Origin: Sedimentisphaerales bacterium
GTDB lineage: Bacteria > Planctomycetota > Phycisphaerae > Sedimentisphaerales > SM23-30
Length of the DNA: 64,000 bases
Assembly (NCBI GenBank): GCA_963663805.2
Contig: CAXXMR010000009.1
Coordinates: 506,135-570,134, forward strand
Direction of reading: 5' to 3'
Shown here: positions 1-11,744 of the stretch, one piece after another
Numbering within the stretch: the first letter of the stretch is position 1
Layout: every line of letters starts with the position of its first letter
The notes under the pieces: model-generated
What the model was told of the DNA's origin: nothing
Database searches by the model: none
Seen by the model: the letters and a program-made list of their open reading frames with translations, nothing else
Program-made: the position numbers and the translations under genes

Positions 1-170
1 GTGCCGCTGATGGTCATAACAAAAGTTACGGCACAGCCCATGCCAAAGGCCATATCGACCCGGCGGGAAACGCCCAAATAGGGACAAATACCCAGAAACT
101 TGGTCAATACCAGATTGTTGACGATGGCGATGGAAATGAAAACTATTATCAGGTGACCAACAGTATCCAT
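1..170 (-). CDS. rnfA: Rnf electron transport complex subunit A (5' part; runs off window)
   Basis: Manual translation from ATG at 170: [35 protein letters not shown]..., the RnfA N-terminal motif; follows rnfE. Confidence 0.9.
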   Translation of the reverse strand, partial: MDTVGHLIIVFISIAIVNNLVLTKFLGICPYLGVSRRVDMAFGMGCAVTFVMTISG

Positions 171-216
171 ATTTGCTTCTTTCTATAGTTTGCTGCTGTT
201 CAGTTACTAATTACTA

Positions 217-876
217 TTACAGGTCCGCCGGGGCCGCCTTTTTACTTTTCTTGCGGGTGGCCCACATGGCGATACCAAGCATGATTCCCAAAGTCATAAA
301 CGCACCGGCGGGCAGTTTCATTACGTTCCAGGTGACAAAACAATCCGGCATAATACGATGGCCCCAGAGAGCGCCATCTGCCAGAAGCTCACGCACCGCT
401 GCCAAAGCACACAGCCCGCCGGTAAATCCCAATCCCATGCCCAGTGCGTCGCCCAGACTGATAATCAGTCCGTTACGACTGCCGCAGGCTTCGGCTCGAC
501 CGATGATGAGGCAGTTTACGATAATCAGCGGGACATAAGGTCCGAGCTTCTCGCTCATTTCCGGCAGGAACGCCTGCAAGAGCAAATCCGCGATGGTTAC
601 GAACGCCGAAATCGTCAGCGTAAACATCAAAATACGCAGGTGCCCTACCAGCAGATTACGCATCAGCGAAACGACCAGATTCGAGCAGACCAGCACAAAG
701 GTAGTTGCCGCCCCCATCGTCAGGGCCGGCTGGAGCTGGCCGGTTACCGCCAGCGTGGGACACATGCCCAGCAATTGTCTGAAGACAGCGTTTTCCGCCC
801 ATAAACCGCGGACAAAAAATGCCATCGATTCAACTGCAGCGGATTTTTGTTGAGGATTTTCGGACATAACAGTCAA
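217..876 (-). CDS. rnfE: Rnf complex subunit E
   Basis: ENAVFRQLLGMCPTLAVT and PLIIVNCLIIGRAE motifs; operon context. Confidence 0.93.
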   Translation of the reverse strand: MTVMSENPQQKSAAVESMAFFVRGLWAENAVFRQLLGMCPTLAVTGQLQPALTMGAATTFVLVCSNLVVSLMRNLLVGHLRILMFTLTISAFVTIADLLLQAFLPEMSEKLGPYVPLIIVNCLIIGRAEACGSRNGLIISLGDALGMGLGFTGGLCALAAVRELLADGALWGHRIMPDCFVTWNVMKLPAGAFMTLGIMLGIAMWATRKKSKKAAPADL

Positions 877-900
877 CCTTTAATCTATTCTCTCAGGTGA

Positions 901-1476
901 TTACTTTTTGACAACCGCACGCATTTTCAAAATGGCCCGGTTGACGATCTGAGTTACCGCGTCAGAGCTGATGGTCGCTCCGGTAATCGCGACGATTTCC
1001 CGGTCGGCCTTGCTGCGGTCGCCGGTGAGTACCACCACAAGTTTATCCTGAGCGGGACAGCCGCCGAACTGATTTTTGAATTCATCTTCCTTGATTTTGT
1101 CGCCAAAACCCGGCGTTTCGTTACTTTTCAAAACCGCCATACCTTTGACACTGGTAATGTCAGGATTGAAAGCTATCAGCAGCTCGATATTGTCGGCGAA
1201 CCCGCCTCCGCTGGTCTTGAACGCGTAACCAAGCACCTTGCCGGTATTGTCCTTGCCGACGCTGAACTTGATTTCCTCGCCGGTGTCGGTCGTTGCGGTC
1301 TGAGAATCGAAACTATCGGCATCGCTGAGCAGTACATGCAGTTTATCGTTGAGTTTGTCCTGAGCGTTCTGGGCGATGCGGTCTTTCAATTGGCCATGCA
1401 CGCCCGCTACCAATAGGCCAAATACCAGCGAGGCCAGCATAACAAGCCAGGAATCTTTTAGGAAATTTATAATCAT
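901..1476 (-). CDS. rnfG: Rnf complex subunit G (FMN-binding)
   Basis: N-terminal TM helix, ETPGFG and ITGATISS FMN-attachment motif. Confidence 0.92.
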   Translation of the reverse strand: MIINFLKDSWLVMLASLVFGLLVAGVHGQLKDRIAQNAQDKLNDKLHVLLSDADSFDSQTATTDTGEEIKFSVGKDNTGKVLGYAFKTSGGGFADNIELLIAFNPDITSVKGMAVLKSNETPGFGDKIKEDEFKNQFGGCPAQDKLVVVLTGDRSKADREIVAITGATISSDAVTQIVNRAILKMRAVVKK

Positions 1477-2504
1477 TTAACCGAGCCTCCCATCGTACGC
1501 GGCCTGGTCCAGCGGTCCAAGAGCGGAGTCATCATGTTCATCAGCAAAATTGCGTACATAACACCTTCGGGGTAGCCCCCTACCAAACGAATCAGCATAA
1601 TTAGCGTACCCACGCCAGCACCGAAAACCAGTCTGCCCGTTTTGCTCAGCGGACAGGAAACCGGGTCGGTCGCGATGAAGAACGCACACATCATCAGACC
1701 CCCACCGCATAAATGCACCAGCGGGTTGGGATAAATTTGCGAATCAATCAGCCAGGCAATCGCCGCGAACGCCAATGCCGAACCCAGCACCGCAACCGGA
1801 ATATGCCAAGTGATGGTTTTGCGATAAAGCAGAAACAGCCCGCCGATAAGCCAGCACAACGCCGAAGTCTCACCGGCTGAACCACTGACATTACCCATGA
1901 ACATCGAACCAATCAGTTTGTTGACTGGTCCAGCTGTGGCTTTTTGCTCGGCGGGAATTTCGTCGTTGGCGGCGTCTTTGATGGCTTGCTTGGCGAGCAT
2001 GAGAGGTGTTGCCGCTGATACACTGTCGATTTCGCTCTGCTGTTGCGGTGCCTGCCAAGTCGTCATCATCAAGCCAAAACTGGCCATCAGGAACGCCCTG
2101 CCCACCATCGCGGGATTGAAGATATTACTACCCAGTCCGCCAAAGAGCATCTTGGCAACCGCGGTAGCGACTACCGAACCCAGCACCGCCGCCCATATCG
2201 GCAGGCCCGGCGGCAGGGACAGCCCCAGGATTAAACCGGTTACGATAACACTGCCGTCGAAGCAGGTCTGCCTCTTGCCGCGGGCGGCATTAAATATCGC
2301 CTCGGTCAGCACGCAGGTAGCCACGCAAGCCAGAATCAGGCCCAGAGCGGTCGTGCCGAAAAGGTAAACCGCCATGCCCAGCGCCGGCAATGTGCCGAAA
2401 GCGACTTCAAACATAATTCGCTTACTGGTGCCCGCGTCCATCAAATGGGGCGAGGAGGTAACGGTCAGAATCAGATTTTTCTCAGTTTTTTCTTCTTGTG
2501 CCAT
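1473..2504 (-). CDS. rnfD: Rnf complex subunit D
   Basis: SSPH, FGGLGSNIFNPA, SAATPL, GSAGETS, ATDPVS motifs. Confidence 0.95.
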   Translation of the reverse strand: MAQEEKTEKNLILTVTSSPHLMDAGTSKRIMFEVAFGTLPALGMAVYLFGTTALGLILACVATCVLTEAIFNAARGKRQTCFDGSVIVTGLILGLSLPPGLPIWAAVLGSVVATAVAKMLFGGLGSNIFNPAMVGRAFLMASFGLMMTTWQAPQQQSEIDSVSAATPLMLAKQAIKDAANDEIPAEQKATAGPVNKLIGSMFMGNVSGSAGETSALCWLIGGLFLLYRKTITWHIPVAVLGSALAFAAIAWLIDSQIYPNPLVHLCGGGLMMCAFFIATDPVSCPLSKTGRLVFGAGVGTLIMLIRLVGGYPEGVMYAILLMNMMTPLLDRWTRPRTMGGSVK

Positions 2505-2541
2505 TTACGGTTCCAAATTCAAGATAAACAGCCTAAGTAAT

Positions 2542-3900
2542 TTATTTCCGGGCGAGCATCTTGCCGGCCCGCAGATATTGCAGCAGCGGAATCTGGGCCG
2601 GACATACGTAAGTGCAGCAGCCGCATTCCATACATGCCATCAGGTCATACGCCCTGGCATCGTCGATATTTCGGGCCTTGACAGCGTGGGCCATGCGGGT
2701 CGGTACCAGATTCATCGGGCAAATATCTACACAGCGACCGCAGCGAATACAGGTCGTGATTTCCAAATCGCGAACTTCGTCATGGGTCAGCACCGTAATG
2801 CCGCTGGTGCCTTTGGTAATAGGAACATCCAGATTGATAGCCGTCGGCCCCATCATCGGTCCGCCCAGGAGCACCTTGGCAGAGTTGTCGGTCAGGCCGC
2901 CGCATTCCTGCAATAAATCGCTGAGCATCATGCCGACCGGCACCCGAAAATTACCGGGATTTACTACCCCTTTGCCGGTAACGGTTACAATACGCTGAGT
3001 AACTGCCCTTTCTTCATAGCAGGCCCAGAGAATCGATGCGCATGTGCCGACATTACTGACCACCACCCCCACATCGCTGGGCAGTCCGCCGGTGGGTACT
3101 TCGCGGTCCATTACCGCTTTGATGAGCTGCTTCTCACCGCCCTGCGGGTATTTTGTCTGGCAGATAGCGATCTGCACATCGTCAAACCTTTTAATTTCGT
3201 TCAGCATCGAGTCAATCGCATCGGGTTTGTTGTCTTCGATAGCGATAATGATTTTTTGGGCCCCTACCGCTTTCTGGGCCAGACGGGCACCTGCCACGAT
3301 TGTCGATGGTGCTTCGAGCATCAGGCGATGGTCGCTGGTCAGGTACGGTTCACATTCACAGCCGTTCAGCAATAGTGTATCGACTGGTTTTTCCGGATTG
3401 GGTGTCAGTTTGACCGCTGCCGGGAACGCTGCCCCGCCCTGCCCGACGATGCCTGCCTGACGAATCAAATCCAGAATCTGTTTTGATTCGTATTTGCTCA
3501 CCTCAAAATCATCCGGGCAATCGGTCCAGACCTGATTTTCCGGTTGCTGCTGGCCTACCGTAATAGTGACACAGTTCACCCGACGTTCGTTGCCGCCAGT
3601 CGGGTCGCGCAGCACGGCCACATCCTTCACCTCGCCGTTGACCGGACTGTGGACCGGGGCCGAAACGAAAGCCTCGGCACTACCGACCACCTCGCCGGCG
3701 GTTACCGCCTGTTTTTTCTCCACCGTCGGCTTGCAGGGCGCGCCGATATGCTGAGCCATCGGAATTAGCACCGTTTGACCGGGCTGGAGGTGAATTTGAC
3801 GGACAGGGACGGATTCGCTGTATTTCTTCCGATGCGGAGGATGAACCCCGCCGGGGAAAGTACATTTTCCTATCACTTTTTTGAGTGCGTTAGCCATCAT
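2542..3900 (-). CDS. rnfC: Rnf complex subunit C
   Basis: GGVHPP, GIVGQGGAAFP, NGCECEPYLTSD, two 4Fe-4S CxxCxxCxxxCP motifs. Confidence 0.95.
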   Translation of the reverse strand: MMANALKKVIGKCTFPGGVHPPHRKKYSESVPVRQIHLQPGQTVLIPMAQHIGAPCKPTVEKKQAVTAGEVVGSAEAFVSAPVHSPVNGEVKDVAVLRDPTGGNERRVNCVTITVGQQQPENQVWTDCPDDFEVSKYESKQILDLIRQAGIVGQGGAAFPAAVKLTPNPEKPVDTLLLNGCECEPYLTSDHRLMLEAPSTIVAGARLAQKAVGAQKIIIAIEDNKPDAIDSMLNEIKRFDDVQIAICQTKYPQGGEKQLIKAVMDREVPTGGLPSDVGVVVSNVGTCASILWACYEERAVTQRIVTVTGKGVVNPGNFRVPVGMMLSDLLQECGGLTDNSAKVLLGGPMMGPTAINLDVPITKGTSGITVLTHDEVRDLEITTCIRCGRCVDICPMNLVPTRMAHAVKARNIDDARAYDLMACMECGCCTYVCPAQIPLLQYLRAGKMLARK

Positions 3901-4031
3901 AAGCCTGCTGATAACCTTAGTTTCCGTTTACCAAGTACGATAAACCAAAGAGGATAAACCAGACTCCCCCCCCAGGCAACCATATTTTTATCGACCGGTA
4001 CAAATTACCCTAACTGCCAATGTGGTCGGCC

Positions 4032-5012
4032 CTATTTATCGAGGATGCCGAAGGCCATTATGGGCATACCAGGGAACGCCGCCGAGGAATCCGAATGCCC
4101 CAGTACAAGTGCCTGCTCTTTAGCGGTGACGGTTTCCTGGAGTTTGCCGAACGCGTTGACAATGCGGGCGATAGGCTGGCCGGGCTGGACCTCATCACCA
4201 GATTTTGCCAGAAACCGGATGATACCGGTGCGGGAGACATAAGGTTTGTCGGAATAGCGCAGGACTTTTCCGCCGGTATACTGTTCCGGCAGCGGATATT
4301 GGAAAACCTGGTTCCGCGGCGCGATTAGCCCCAACTGAGCCATAATATTCCAGATGGCCTCCTGCCCATAAGCGACATTGATTTCACTAACGGTCTGGGC
4401 CCGTCCCAGTTCCAGTGTCAAGGCCGGCACATCCCGTATGATGAGGTTATTCGAAAGAGCCTTGTTGATTTCTTCGCTATCGGTAATAGAGCAGAAACCC
4501 GAAGCCTGAGCGACTTTAACCGCTTTCTGATAAGTAGTTTTGTGCTTCGGTCCGGGGTTATGGTCCAGCAGTGCATAAGGCAGGGATTCAATCCAGTCAT
4601 TGTGCAAATCCAGCACCAGGTTAGGCTGGGTATCCATTATGGTAGTGAAAATTATATGGGCGATTCGCTCACCCAGCGACCCTTGCGGATTACCCGGAAA
4701 CGAGCGGTTCAGGTCTTCGCGGCTCATCATGATATTGCGTGAGCCGGTTTCAAAGCCCAGCGGGTTCATCAGCGGAAAAGCGTGCACCGCCCCGCAAAGC
4801 AGCCGCGTCCGGATTTTGCGAAACACTTCCTGAATAATCACTATCCCCCCCACCTCATCGCCGTGACTGCAAGCGGTAAGCCAGAGCACCGGCCCCGGCT
4901 TATCGCTAACCGCCGACATCATCGGCAGCCGCCGCTGGGCCAAATCAGAACCACTCAGAATCCGCAAAAACGAATATTTGATCTTCGGACGGGAATTATT
5001 TGCAGTAACCAT
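4032..5012 (-). CDS. Succinylglutamate desuccinylase/aspartoacylase (M14) family protein
   Basis: HGDE, DLNRSFPG, DLH and TLELG motifs. Confidence 0.85.
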   Translation of the reverse strand: MVTANNSRPKIKYSFLRILSGSDLAQRRLPMMSAVSDKPGPVLWLTACSHGDEVGGIVIIQEVFRKIRTRLLCGAVHAFPLMNPLGFETGSRNIMMSREDLNRSFPGNPQGSLGERIAHIIFTTIMDTQPNLVLDLHNDWIESLPYALLDHNPGPKHKTTYQKAVKVAQASGFCSITDSEEINKALSNNLIIRDVPALTLELGRAQTVSEINVAYGQEAIWNIMAQLGLIAPRNQVFQYPLPEQYTGGKVLRYSDKPYVSRTGIIRFLAKSGDEVQPGQPIARIVNAFGKLQETVTAKEQALVLGHSDSSAAFPGMPIMAFGILDK

Positions 5013-5109
5013 TATATCTTTCCATACAGGCCACAGTGAACCAACCAGGCAACCTGCCGGAATTATAATTCTCCACTATCGGATAAGCAATTGATTAATT
5101 ATCCTCAGT

Positions 5110-8100
5110 TCAGGCTCTACGCCGACGCCGCAAACCCAAACCGCCCAGCGCCAGCAGGACCAGACTTGCCGGTTCCGGGATGACATATTCGATACGCAGG
5201 GTATTGCTGTCAGCCATATAGACATCCCAGGCGTAATCATCCTCGGCCGTCATACTGATGCCCAGATTATTGATACCCGTCGAAGCGACCAGAACATCGT
5301 AATAGCTGCCCTCGGTGGGCACGAAACCGTTCAGCAGGCTCACATCCAGCAACCCGCCCAAATCAATCGGCCCGGTGATATTCAGCAGGCCCGCTCCGGT
5401 ATCATCGACATTGACCATCAGCACACCGCTCTGGACCACATCGCCGATAATAGTAAATATCCCGGTCCCGTCGGCACCCAGCTTACCCTGGCTGGCGAAA
5501 TCAACCTGGGCGACATTCAAAATACCCTGCCCCATCAAATAACCGCCGGCCTGATTAGTAAAGCTGTCACCCACGCAGGTCGTAGTCCCGGACAAAACAT
5601 TGAAAAGACCGCTGTTGACATGGTCCGCGTCCGTAATACCCAGCGAAACCGTATCAGCGGCAGTGAACAGCCCGCGATTATCAAGCTGCGTACCGATTGA
5701 GCAATATCTGCCCGCGGCATTGAAAGTATGTTCCGGCCCATTAATCAGCGTATCGCCGGCCTGGCTCTGATATAGCCTCTGGTTGTAACCGCCCGGCACA
5801 TAATTCACACTGCCGGTTCCGTTAAGCGTGGCCGTGCCGTCAATTCTCAGGGCTACGTAATTGGAAGTACTGCTGCTAGGGTCATGCAGCTCGATAATGC
5901 CGTTGTTTTCCAGCGTACCCAAAATTTTCAGATTGCCGTTACCATAAACATTAACCTGGACACCATCAAGCGTCATGCCCCCCGTCGCGTCCAGCACCCC
6001 CGTCGCGGATGTCGCCAGATTAAGCTGCCCGCCGCCGCTGATTGTCCCACCGGTTATAGTCTTGCTGAAAAGACTTGCCGTTGAACCGCTCTGAAGGTCA
6101 AGCGTGCCGTTATTCACAATATCCGCCTGAATGTCGATTCTGCCGCCATTACGGGAAATCAGCTTGTTATTATTTATTTTCTCGTTGGTACTCAGCGTCA
6201 TGACCCCGTTATCGGCAATGACCTCACTGTTATTCACCAGTCGGGCCTTGACATCCATGTGGGCCCCGGACACAGCCGGGGCAGTAGTGATTGCATGGGA
6301 GCTCTGCAAAGTCAGAGTATAGGCCGGATCGGATGAATCCACAATATTATGATAAGCTCCCTGCGAAACTACTCGACCGCTGCCGCTAAGCTCAACATCA
6401 GAATCAATACGCAAAATGCTTAAATTAGAAGTGCTGGAAGAAACATCTATCAGATTAATATCCGCGTTATTTACCAGATTGCCCTGCACACGCAGCATGT
6501 CGGCACTGGCGACATTAACCGCCGAGCAGTCGAGAACCATGCTGTTCTGAGTAACCAGCGTTGCCGTTGAGCCAATTTCGATAGTACCCGCACCATTGAC
6601 CAGCCCATCGGTAAGCGTCCCGCTGTTCAGAGTCAAAGCCGAATTCCCCAACAGGCTGATAGTGCCGGTATTAGTCAGATTAACGTTGCTGACGACAAAG
6701 CCGCCGTCCTGAGCGGTAAACTGGTTCCGGTTAATCTTGTCTTCCGTACTAAAAGTAATTGTACCCTGGTCAGCCTTAATCAAACCGTCATTGGCCAGGC
6801 CCGCCCGAAAATCAATCACTGAACCGGGGACAGACGAATTCGTGCTGACACTCTGGCTGCCGCCCACGGTGAGAACACCGCCCGCCTGGCTTTTAATGAT
6901 ATTCTGATAAGTGCCGCCGGCAACGACCGCGCCGGCCCCGCTTATACTGACATCCCCGTCAATATTGATAATCGCGTAATTGTACGCACTTGAGGAACTG
7001 TCATAAATAGAAATCAAACCATTGTTCACCAAATCACCGCTGATATTCAACTGGTCACTAGAATTGACATTAAACGTACTGTTGCTAATGGTCATATTGT
7101 CCTGCGTATCCAGGGTAACGATACCATTGACAAAAACCTCACCACTGCCGTCGAATGTGCCGCCGGTTAACGTGTTGCTGTTAAGGTTCGTAGTTGCGCC
7201 CAGCTCCGTACGAATGATACCGTTATTTACGACATCACTGCTGATATTCAGTGTACCACCGTTCTCAGCCTTCAGCAGATTATTATTGATTTTTTCTTCC
7301 TGGGTCAGGTCCAGGCTGCCCCCGGAAGCGACAATCTGGCCGTTATTGACGGTACGAGTACGAATATCGAGGTCCGCCGATGCTGAGCTTTTGACCGTCT
7401 GGCTGCTGCCCAGCGTAAGCGTATCAGTGGCATTAACAGAGTCGATTATATTCTGATAGGTCGTCTCAGCGACTATTTCACCACTGCCGTTAATCTCGGT
7501 ATCACCGTTAATTCTCAAAATACTGTAATTATAAGCGGATGAACTGGCATCATTCAGATGTATTTGGCCGTTATTGGTAAGCTCGCCGTTCACCTCCAGC
7601 AGACCGCCCGAAGGCACAACAACCTGAGTAGATGAATCAATCACCATCCCCGCCGACGCATCAAAAACGTTTGTGCCGTTGATGTTAAAGTTCCCCGCCC
7701 CGCCCAGAGTGCCGCCGATGATTGTACTGCCGATAAGATTTGTATCCGCACCCGCCCCGGTATTCAGCCCGGCACCGACGGCATAGGTATTGCCAATAGT
7801 GGAAGAACTGATGCTGATTGTTCCCCCGTTGGAAGCCTGAACAAGGTTGTAATTTTGCATATCAATGGAACTCAGCGTAATAACCACCGCCGCTGTGCAT
7901 AGCGTGAATCAGACCATGATTGGCCACGTCAACGCTAATTGTCCCCTTGGTGCCAGCCGCCGAAGTGCGAACGGTCTGATTCGCCCCCAGAATCAGCAAA
8001 TCATCCGTCCCGTCCCCACGTATCTGGTTGTGATAAACATTGCCAAATTCTATCGCCCCGGCCACCGCGGAGCTGTTACCCACCTGAACCGTACCCTTAA

Positions 8101-8491
8101 TGGTCAGTTGCGAATAATTATAGGTGCTGCTGGAAGCATCATTCAGCGTTATCAAGCCGTAATTGAGACTGTCAGCGTTTAATACCAGATTATACCCGCT
8201 GTTAATGGTCAGGGAACTAGCCGCGTCCAGACTGAGGGCGTTAATTTCGCAGGTGCCCGAACCGCTGCCGACAATCACGCTATAGCCGTTGATATTGGCG
8301 TTATACTGGTCCGTAGCAGTGTTTTGCGGCACAACATCCCCCGTCCAGTTCAGCCCGTCCGACCAGCTTACCCCATCACCGCCGTTGTCCCAATACAGGT
8401 CAACCACCGCAGCCTGAGCCAAAGATCCAAAAACGACCATAAAGGTAACTGCGAATAAAAAAAATAAGGATTTCACTCTGGAATTAAACAT
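5110..8491 (-). CDS. Large secreted beta-strand-repeat PEP-CTERM protein, split by one frameshift near 7870-7890
   Basis: ORF 7862-8491 has a signal peptide and the same repeat as ORF 5110-7887, which ends IPEPASLVLLALGGLGLRRRRRA. Confidence 0.8.
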
Positions 8492-8836
8492 TTTCGCCTC
8501 CGTTTCTCCAATTTTTCCCGGCCAATATCAACTGATCCTTAAACTGCAACGGCCATCGCAATCGTCATAACTTATTATTTAAGCAAGTACTTAGATAAAT
8601 ACTTCCAGCTTAAAGAAGCAACACCGACATCCATACTACAAATTTTCGCCCAGGCTTGCAAGGTTTTTTTATAGGATATTTACCCTGCATATCCCCAAAA
8701 GATCGGCATCAGGGCATAAAGTCAATACGCACCGAGGGGCTGAGCGGGGATTTCAACGGCATCAGCCTTTGGCTGAAGATGTCAGGTGCGTATCACGCAG
8801 ATAGATTAGCAACGCTCATCTGACTTATGAACAACG

Positions 8837-9838
8837 TCAATCAGCGGAGACTATTTCATCGATTAGCGTTAGCTCATCCTTATCAAAATTGAGATTATCC
8901 AAAGCCGCGACATTCTCTTCAATCTGAGAAACGCCGCTGGCACCAATGAGGGCTGATGTTACAGTGTGATTTCGCAGTACCCAGGCCAGGGCCATCTGTG
9001 CCAGCGACTGACCGCGTTGCTGAGCCAGCTCATTCAGGCGTATCAACCGCCCCACCAGCGCTGAATCAATCTGCTCAGCCTGCAATGCCCCATGCGGTTT
9101 GGCAGCCCGGGAATCATCCGGGATATGGCCCTGCAAATATTTACCGGTAAGCAGCCCCTGAGCCAGCGGACAAAACGCGATACAACCAACCCCCTCACGT
9201 TCGAGGACATCCAAAAGGCCATCCTCAGCCCAGCGGTTCAGGATTGAATAATTCGGCTGATGAATCAAACACGGCGTGCCCAGCTCACGCAGAATCTCCA
9301 CCGCCCGTTCGGTCTGCTCCGGCGGATAAGATGAAATCCCCGCGTAAAGCGCCTTGCCCGACCGCACAATACTATCCAACGCCCCCATCGTTTCTTCCAG
9401 CGGCGTATCCGGGTCCAGCCGATGCGAATAAAAAATATCGACATAATCAACCCCCATCCGCCCCAGCGACTTATCCAGACTCGCGACCAGATACTTCCGC
9501 GAACCCCACTCGCCGTACGGACCCGGCCACATCAGATACCCCGCCTTACTCGAAATTATCAGCTCATCACGATAACGCCCAATACCATGCCGCAATATCC
9601 TGCCGAAGTTCTCCTCCGCACTGCCCGGCGGCGGACCATAATTATTCGCCAGGTCGAAGTGCGTAATCCCCAGATCGAAAGCCCGCTCCACCATCATCCG
9701 GCCATTGTCAAATGTATCGACGTCACCGAAATTATGCCAAAGTCCCAGCGAAATCAGCGGCAGCTTCAAGCCGCTGCGACCACAGCGACGGTAAATATCA
9801 TCGTCATAACGCCCCGCCGCGGGTAAATAATCAGCCAT
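8837..9838 (-). CDS. Aldo/keto reductase, L-glyceraldehyde 3-phosphate reductase (YghZ/Gpr-like)
   Basis: YRRCGRSGLKLPLISLGLWHNFG, HFDLANNYGPPPGSAE; start re-set to ATG 9838. Confidence 0.9.
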   Translation of the reverse strand: MADYLPAAGRYDDDIYRRCGRSGLKLPLISLGLWHNFGDVDTFDNGRMMVERAFDLGITHFDLANNYGPPPGSAEENFGRILRHGIGRYRDELIISSKAGYLMWPGPYGEWGSRKYLVASLDKSLGRMGVDYVDIFYSHRLDPDTPLEETMGALDSIVRSGKALYAGISSYPPEQTERAVEILRELGTPCLIHQPNYSILNRWAEDGLLDVLEREGVGCIAFCPLAQGLLTGKYLQGHIPDDSRAAKPHGALQAEQIDSALVGRLIRLNELAQQRGQSLAQMALAWVLRNHTVTSALIGASGVSQIEENVAALDNLNFDKDELTLIDEIVSAD

Positions 9839-9851
9839 CACAAACCTCAAA

Positions 9852-10205
9852 CTAAGGACAATTTTCGTTATAAAGTTTCGCCTCTGCCAGACTGATAAAA
9901 CCATCACCATCACTGTCACACTGGTGAACCTCATCATTATAGCGAGCATTAACCGACATCTTCTTCGAAGTATTCGTCGCACAAATGAAAGGTATAACCA
10001 ACTGTTCCGAGCTTTCCTTATTGGAACACTTAATGCTCTTGCGACAATCATGGAAAAGAGCCGCCGCCTCATCCGACTCAAACTCCACCATCAACCGCTC
10101 TTCATCCGCCCGCATCGTAACATCCTTATTACCCACCACCAGACATCCGCTCAGATATGCCCCGGCCATAAGAGCAATTATCGCTGTCAGAAAATCTTTG
10201 CGCAC
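9852..10205 (-). CDS. Hypothetical lipoprotein with C-terminal EF-hand-like loop
   Basis: Lipobox-like LSGC, DSDGDGFISLAE loop, GTG start after AAGGGA. Confidence 0.65.
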   Translation of the reverse strand: MRKDFLTAIIALMAGAYLSGCLVVGNKDVTMRADEERLMVEFESDEAAALFHDCRKSIKCSNKESSEQLVIPFICATNTSKKMSVNARYNDEVHQCDSDGDGFISLAEAKLYNENCP

Positions 10206-10247
10206 GGCATTCCCTTTCAAATTAAAACGAACCAACAAAGAATACCC

Positions 10248-10589
10248 TTAAGGGCCGACTACTGTATACGTAACGCTGTCCTGACGAACCCGGAAAACCG
10301 GCCACAACAGAAATGCTTCGCTGCAATCGAGATTGTCAATCAGAGTAACCTTATGCTTGCCCGGAGCGGCATCGGCAGGAACCACAAACGAGCCGGGACA
10401 AGGGTCACTGATTACATTACCATCCCACTTGAGAACGGTCGAAGAGGCATCCCCGAACATCCCCGAACATGTAATATAAACCGGCTGGCCAGCGGGGCCT
10501 GAAGCGGGGTCGAGTTTCACAATCTTTGTGCAGCCGCAGCTTAACACCATAACCATCACAACCAGCGCCAATACAACATTTTTTTTCAT
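10248..10589 (-). CDS. Hypothetical lipoprotein (IPT/TIG-like beta fold)
   Basis: MKK + hydrophobic stretch + SCGC; LDPASGPAGQPVYITCSG resembles an IPT/TIG start. Confidence 0.65.
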   Translation of the reverse strand: MKKNVVLALVVMVMVLSCGCTKIVKLDPASGPAGQPVYITCSGMFGDASSTVLKWDGNVISDPCPGSFVVPADAAPGKHKVTLIDNLDCSEAFLLWPVFRVRQDSVTYTVVGP

Positions 10590-10825
10590 TCTTACTGCCC
10601 TTTCAACTGTACTTTTGCAATTCCTGTTTACTGCGTTCGCGGGCAACTACCCCAAACTTAAAAACCAAACAGAGCATCCACTCAAAAAAAACAACCAGCG
10701 ACACCCAGAACGGCACGCTTCCAAAGGACTATAACCATAACTCCCGTAAATGGCAAAGCTAATTGATAAAAATAACCATTTCCTAATCATATTTCTGGGC
10801 CGACCAAATGCCCCCCCCATTAGCG

Positions 10826-10853
10826 TTGACGACTACCTCTTAGACGCTATAAT
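10826..10853 (+). promoter_or_regulatory. sigma70-type promoter of ndk-cupin
   Basis: TTGACG-16 nt-TATAAT, 60 bp upstream of ndk. Confidence 0.7.
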
Positions 10854-10912
10854 GCTGGTATTGTTGCAGAGTAAATAAATTTTTTGTGAATAAAATTACA
10901 GGAGTCCTCCCC

Positions 10913-11374
10913 GTGGAAAGAACCCTAATTATCCTCAAACCTGACGCAATCCACAGGCAATTGATGGGACAAATAATTTCACGCTTTGAGCAGCGCGGCA
11001 TCCAGCTGATTGCCTGCAAATTTATACGAATTACCAGAGAAATCGCCGACCGCCATTACGAAGAGCACGTCAATAAACCTTTTTTCCCCGGCCTGCTGCA
11101 ATATATGACCAGCACCCCCGTTCTGGTGATGGTTCTACAGGCCGACGGCGTTGTTGCCATGGCCCGCAAGATGATGGGCGCCACCTTTGCTGGCAACGCC
11201 GAACCCGGCACGATTCGCGGGGATTTTGGCTCTGCCCCCAACACCTACAATCTCATTCACGGCAGCGATTCACCCGAATCAGCCCAACGAGAGATAGATA
11301 TTTTCTTCAAACCCGAAGAAATTTGTGACTATGAGATGGCCACTACCCCGTGGCTGCGTCCCCAACCTGAATAA
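10913..11374 (+). CDS. ndk: Nucleoside diphosphate kinase
   Basis: ERTLIILKPDA, PGTIRGDF, NLIHGSDS; GTG start after AGGAG. Confidence 0.96.
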   Translation: MERTLIILKPDAIHRQLMGQIISRFEQRGIQLIACKFIRITREIADRHYEEHVNKPFFPGLLQYMTSTPVLVMVLQADGVVAMARKMMGATFAGNAEPGTIRGDFGSAPNTYNLIHGSDSPESAQREIDIFFKPEEICDYEMATTPWLRPQPE

Positions 11375-11393
11375 TTATTACGAGGAAAACCAA

Positions 11394-11744
11394 ATGCAGA
11401 TTCGCCCCAAAGACCAGCAGGAAGCCGCAACCGTAACCATGGAAGGCGTCAAAAATGTCACTTGCCGGGTACTCTTCGGCCCCAAGGAGAACGCACCTAA
11501 TTTCGCCATGCGTCAGTTTGACCTCGGCCCAGGTGGCCACACACCCTACCATGCTCACCCATTTGAGCATGAAATAATCGTCCTCAAAGGCCAGATTGAA
11601 TTGAAGCACCCCGAAGGTGGACACATTCTCAACCCCGGCGATGCCGCCATGGTCCTGTCCGATGAGACGCATCAGTTCCAGAATACCTCCGACACCGAGC
11701 CAGCCACCATGATTTGCCTGGTGCCCGTGGAATATCAGAAATAA
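11394..11744 (+). CDS. Cupin domain protein
   Basis: PGGHTPYHAHPFEHE...HQFQN cupin motifs; GAGG RBS. Confidence 0.88.
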   Translation: MQIRPKDQQEAATVTMEGVKNVTCRVLFGPKENAPNFAMRQFDLGPGGHTPYHAHPFEHEIIVLKGQIELKHPEGGHILNPGDAAMVLSDETHQFQNTSDTEPATMICLVPVEYQK

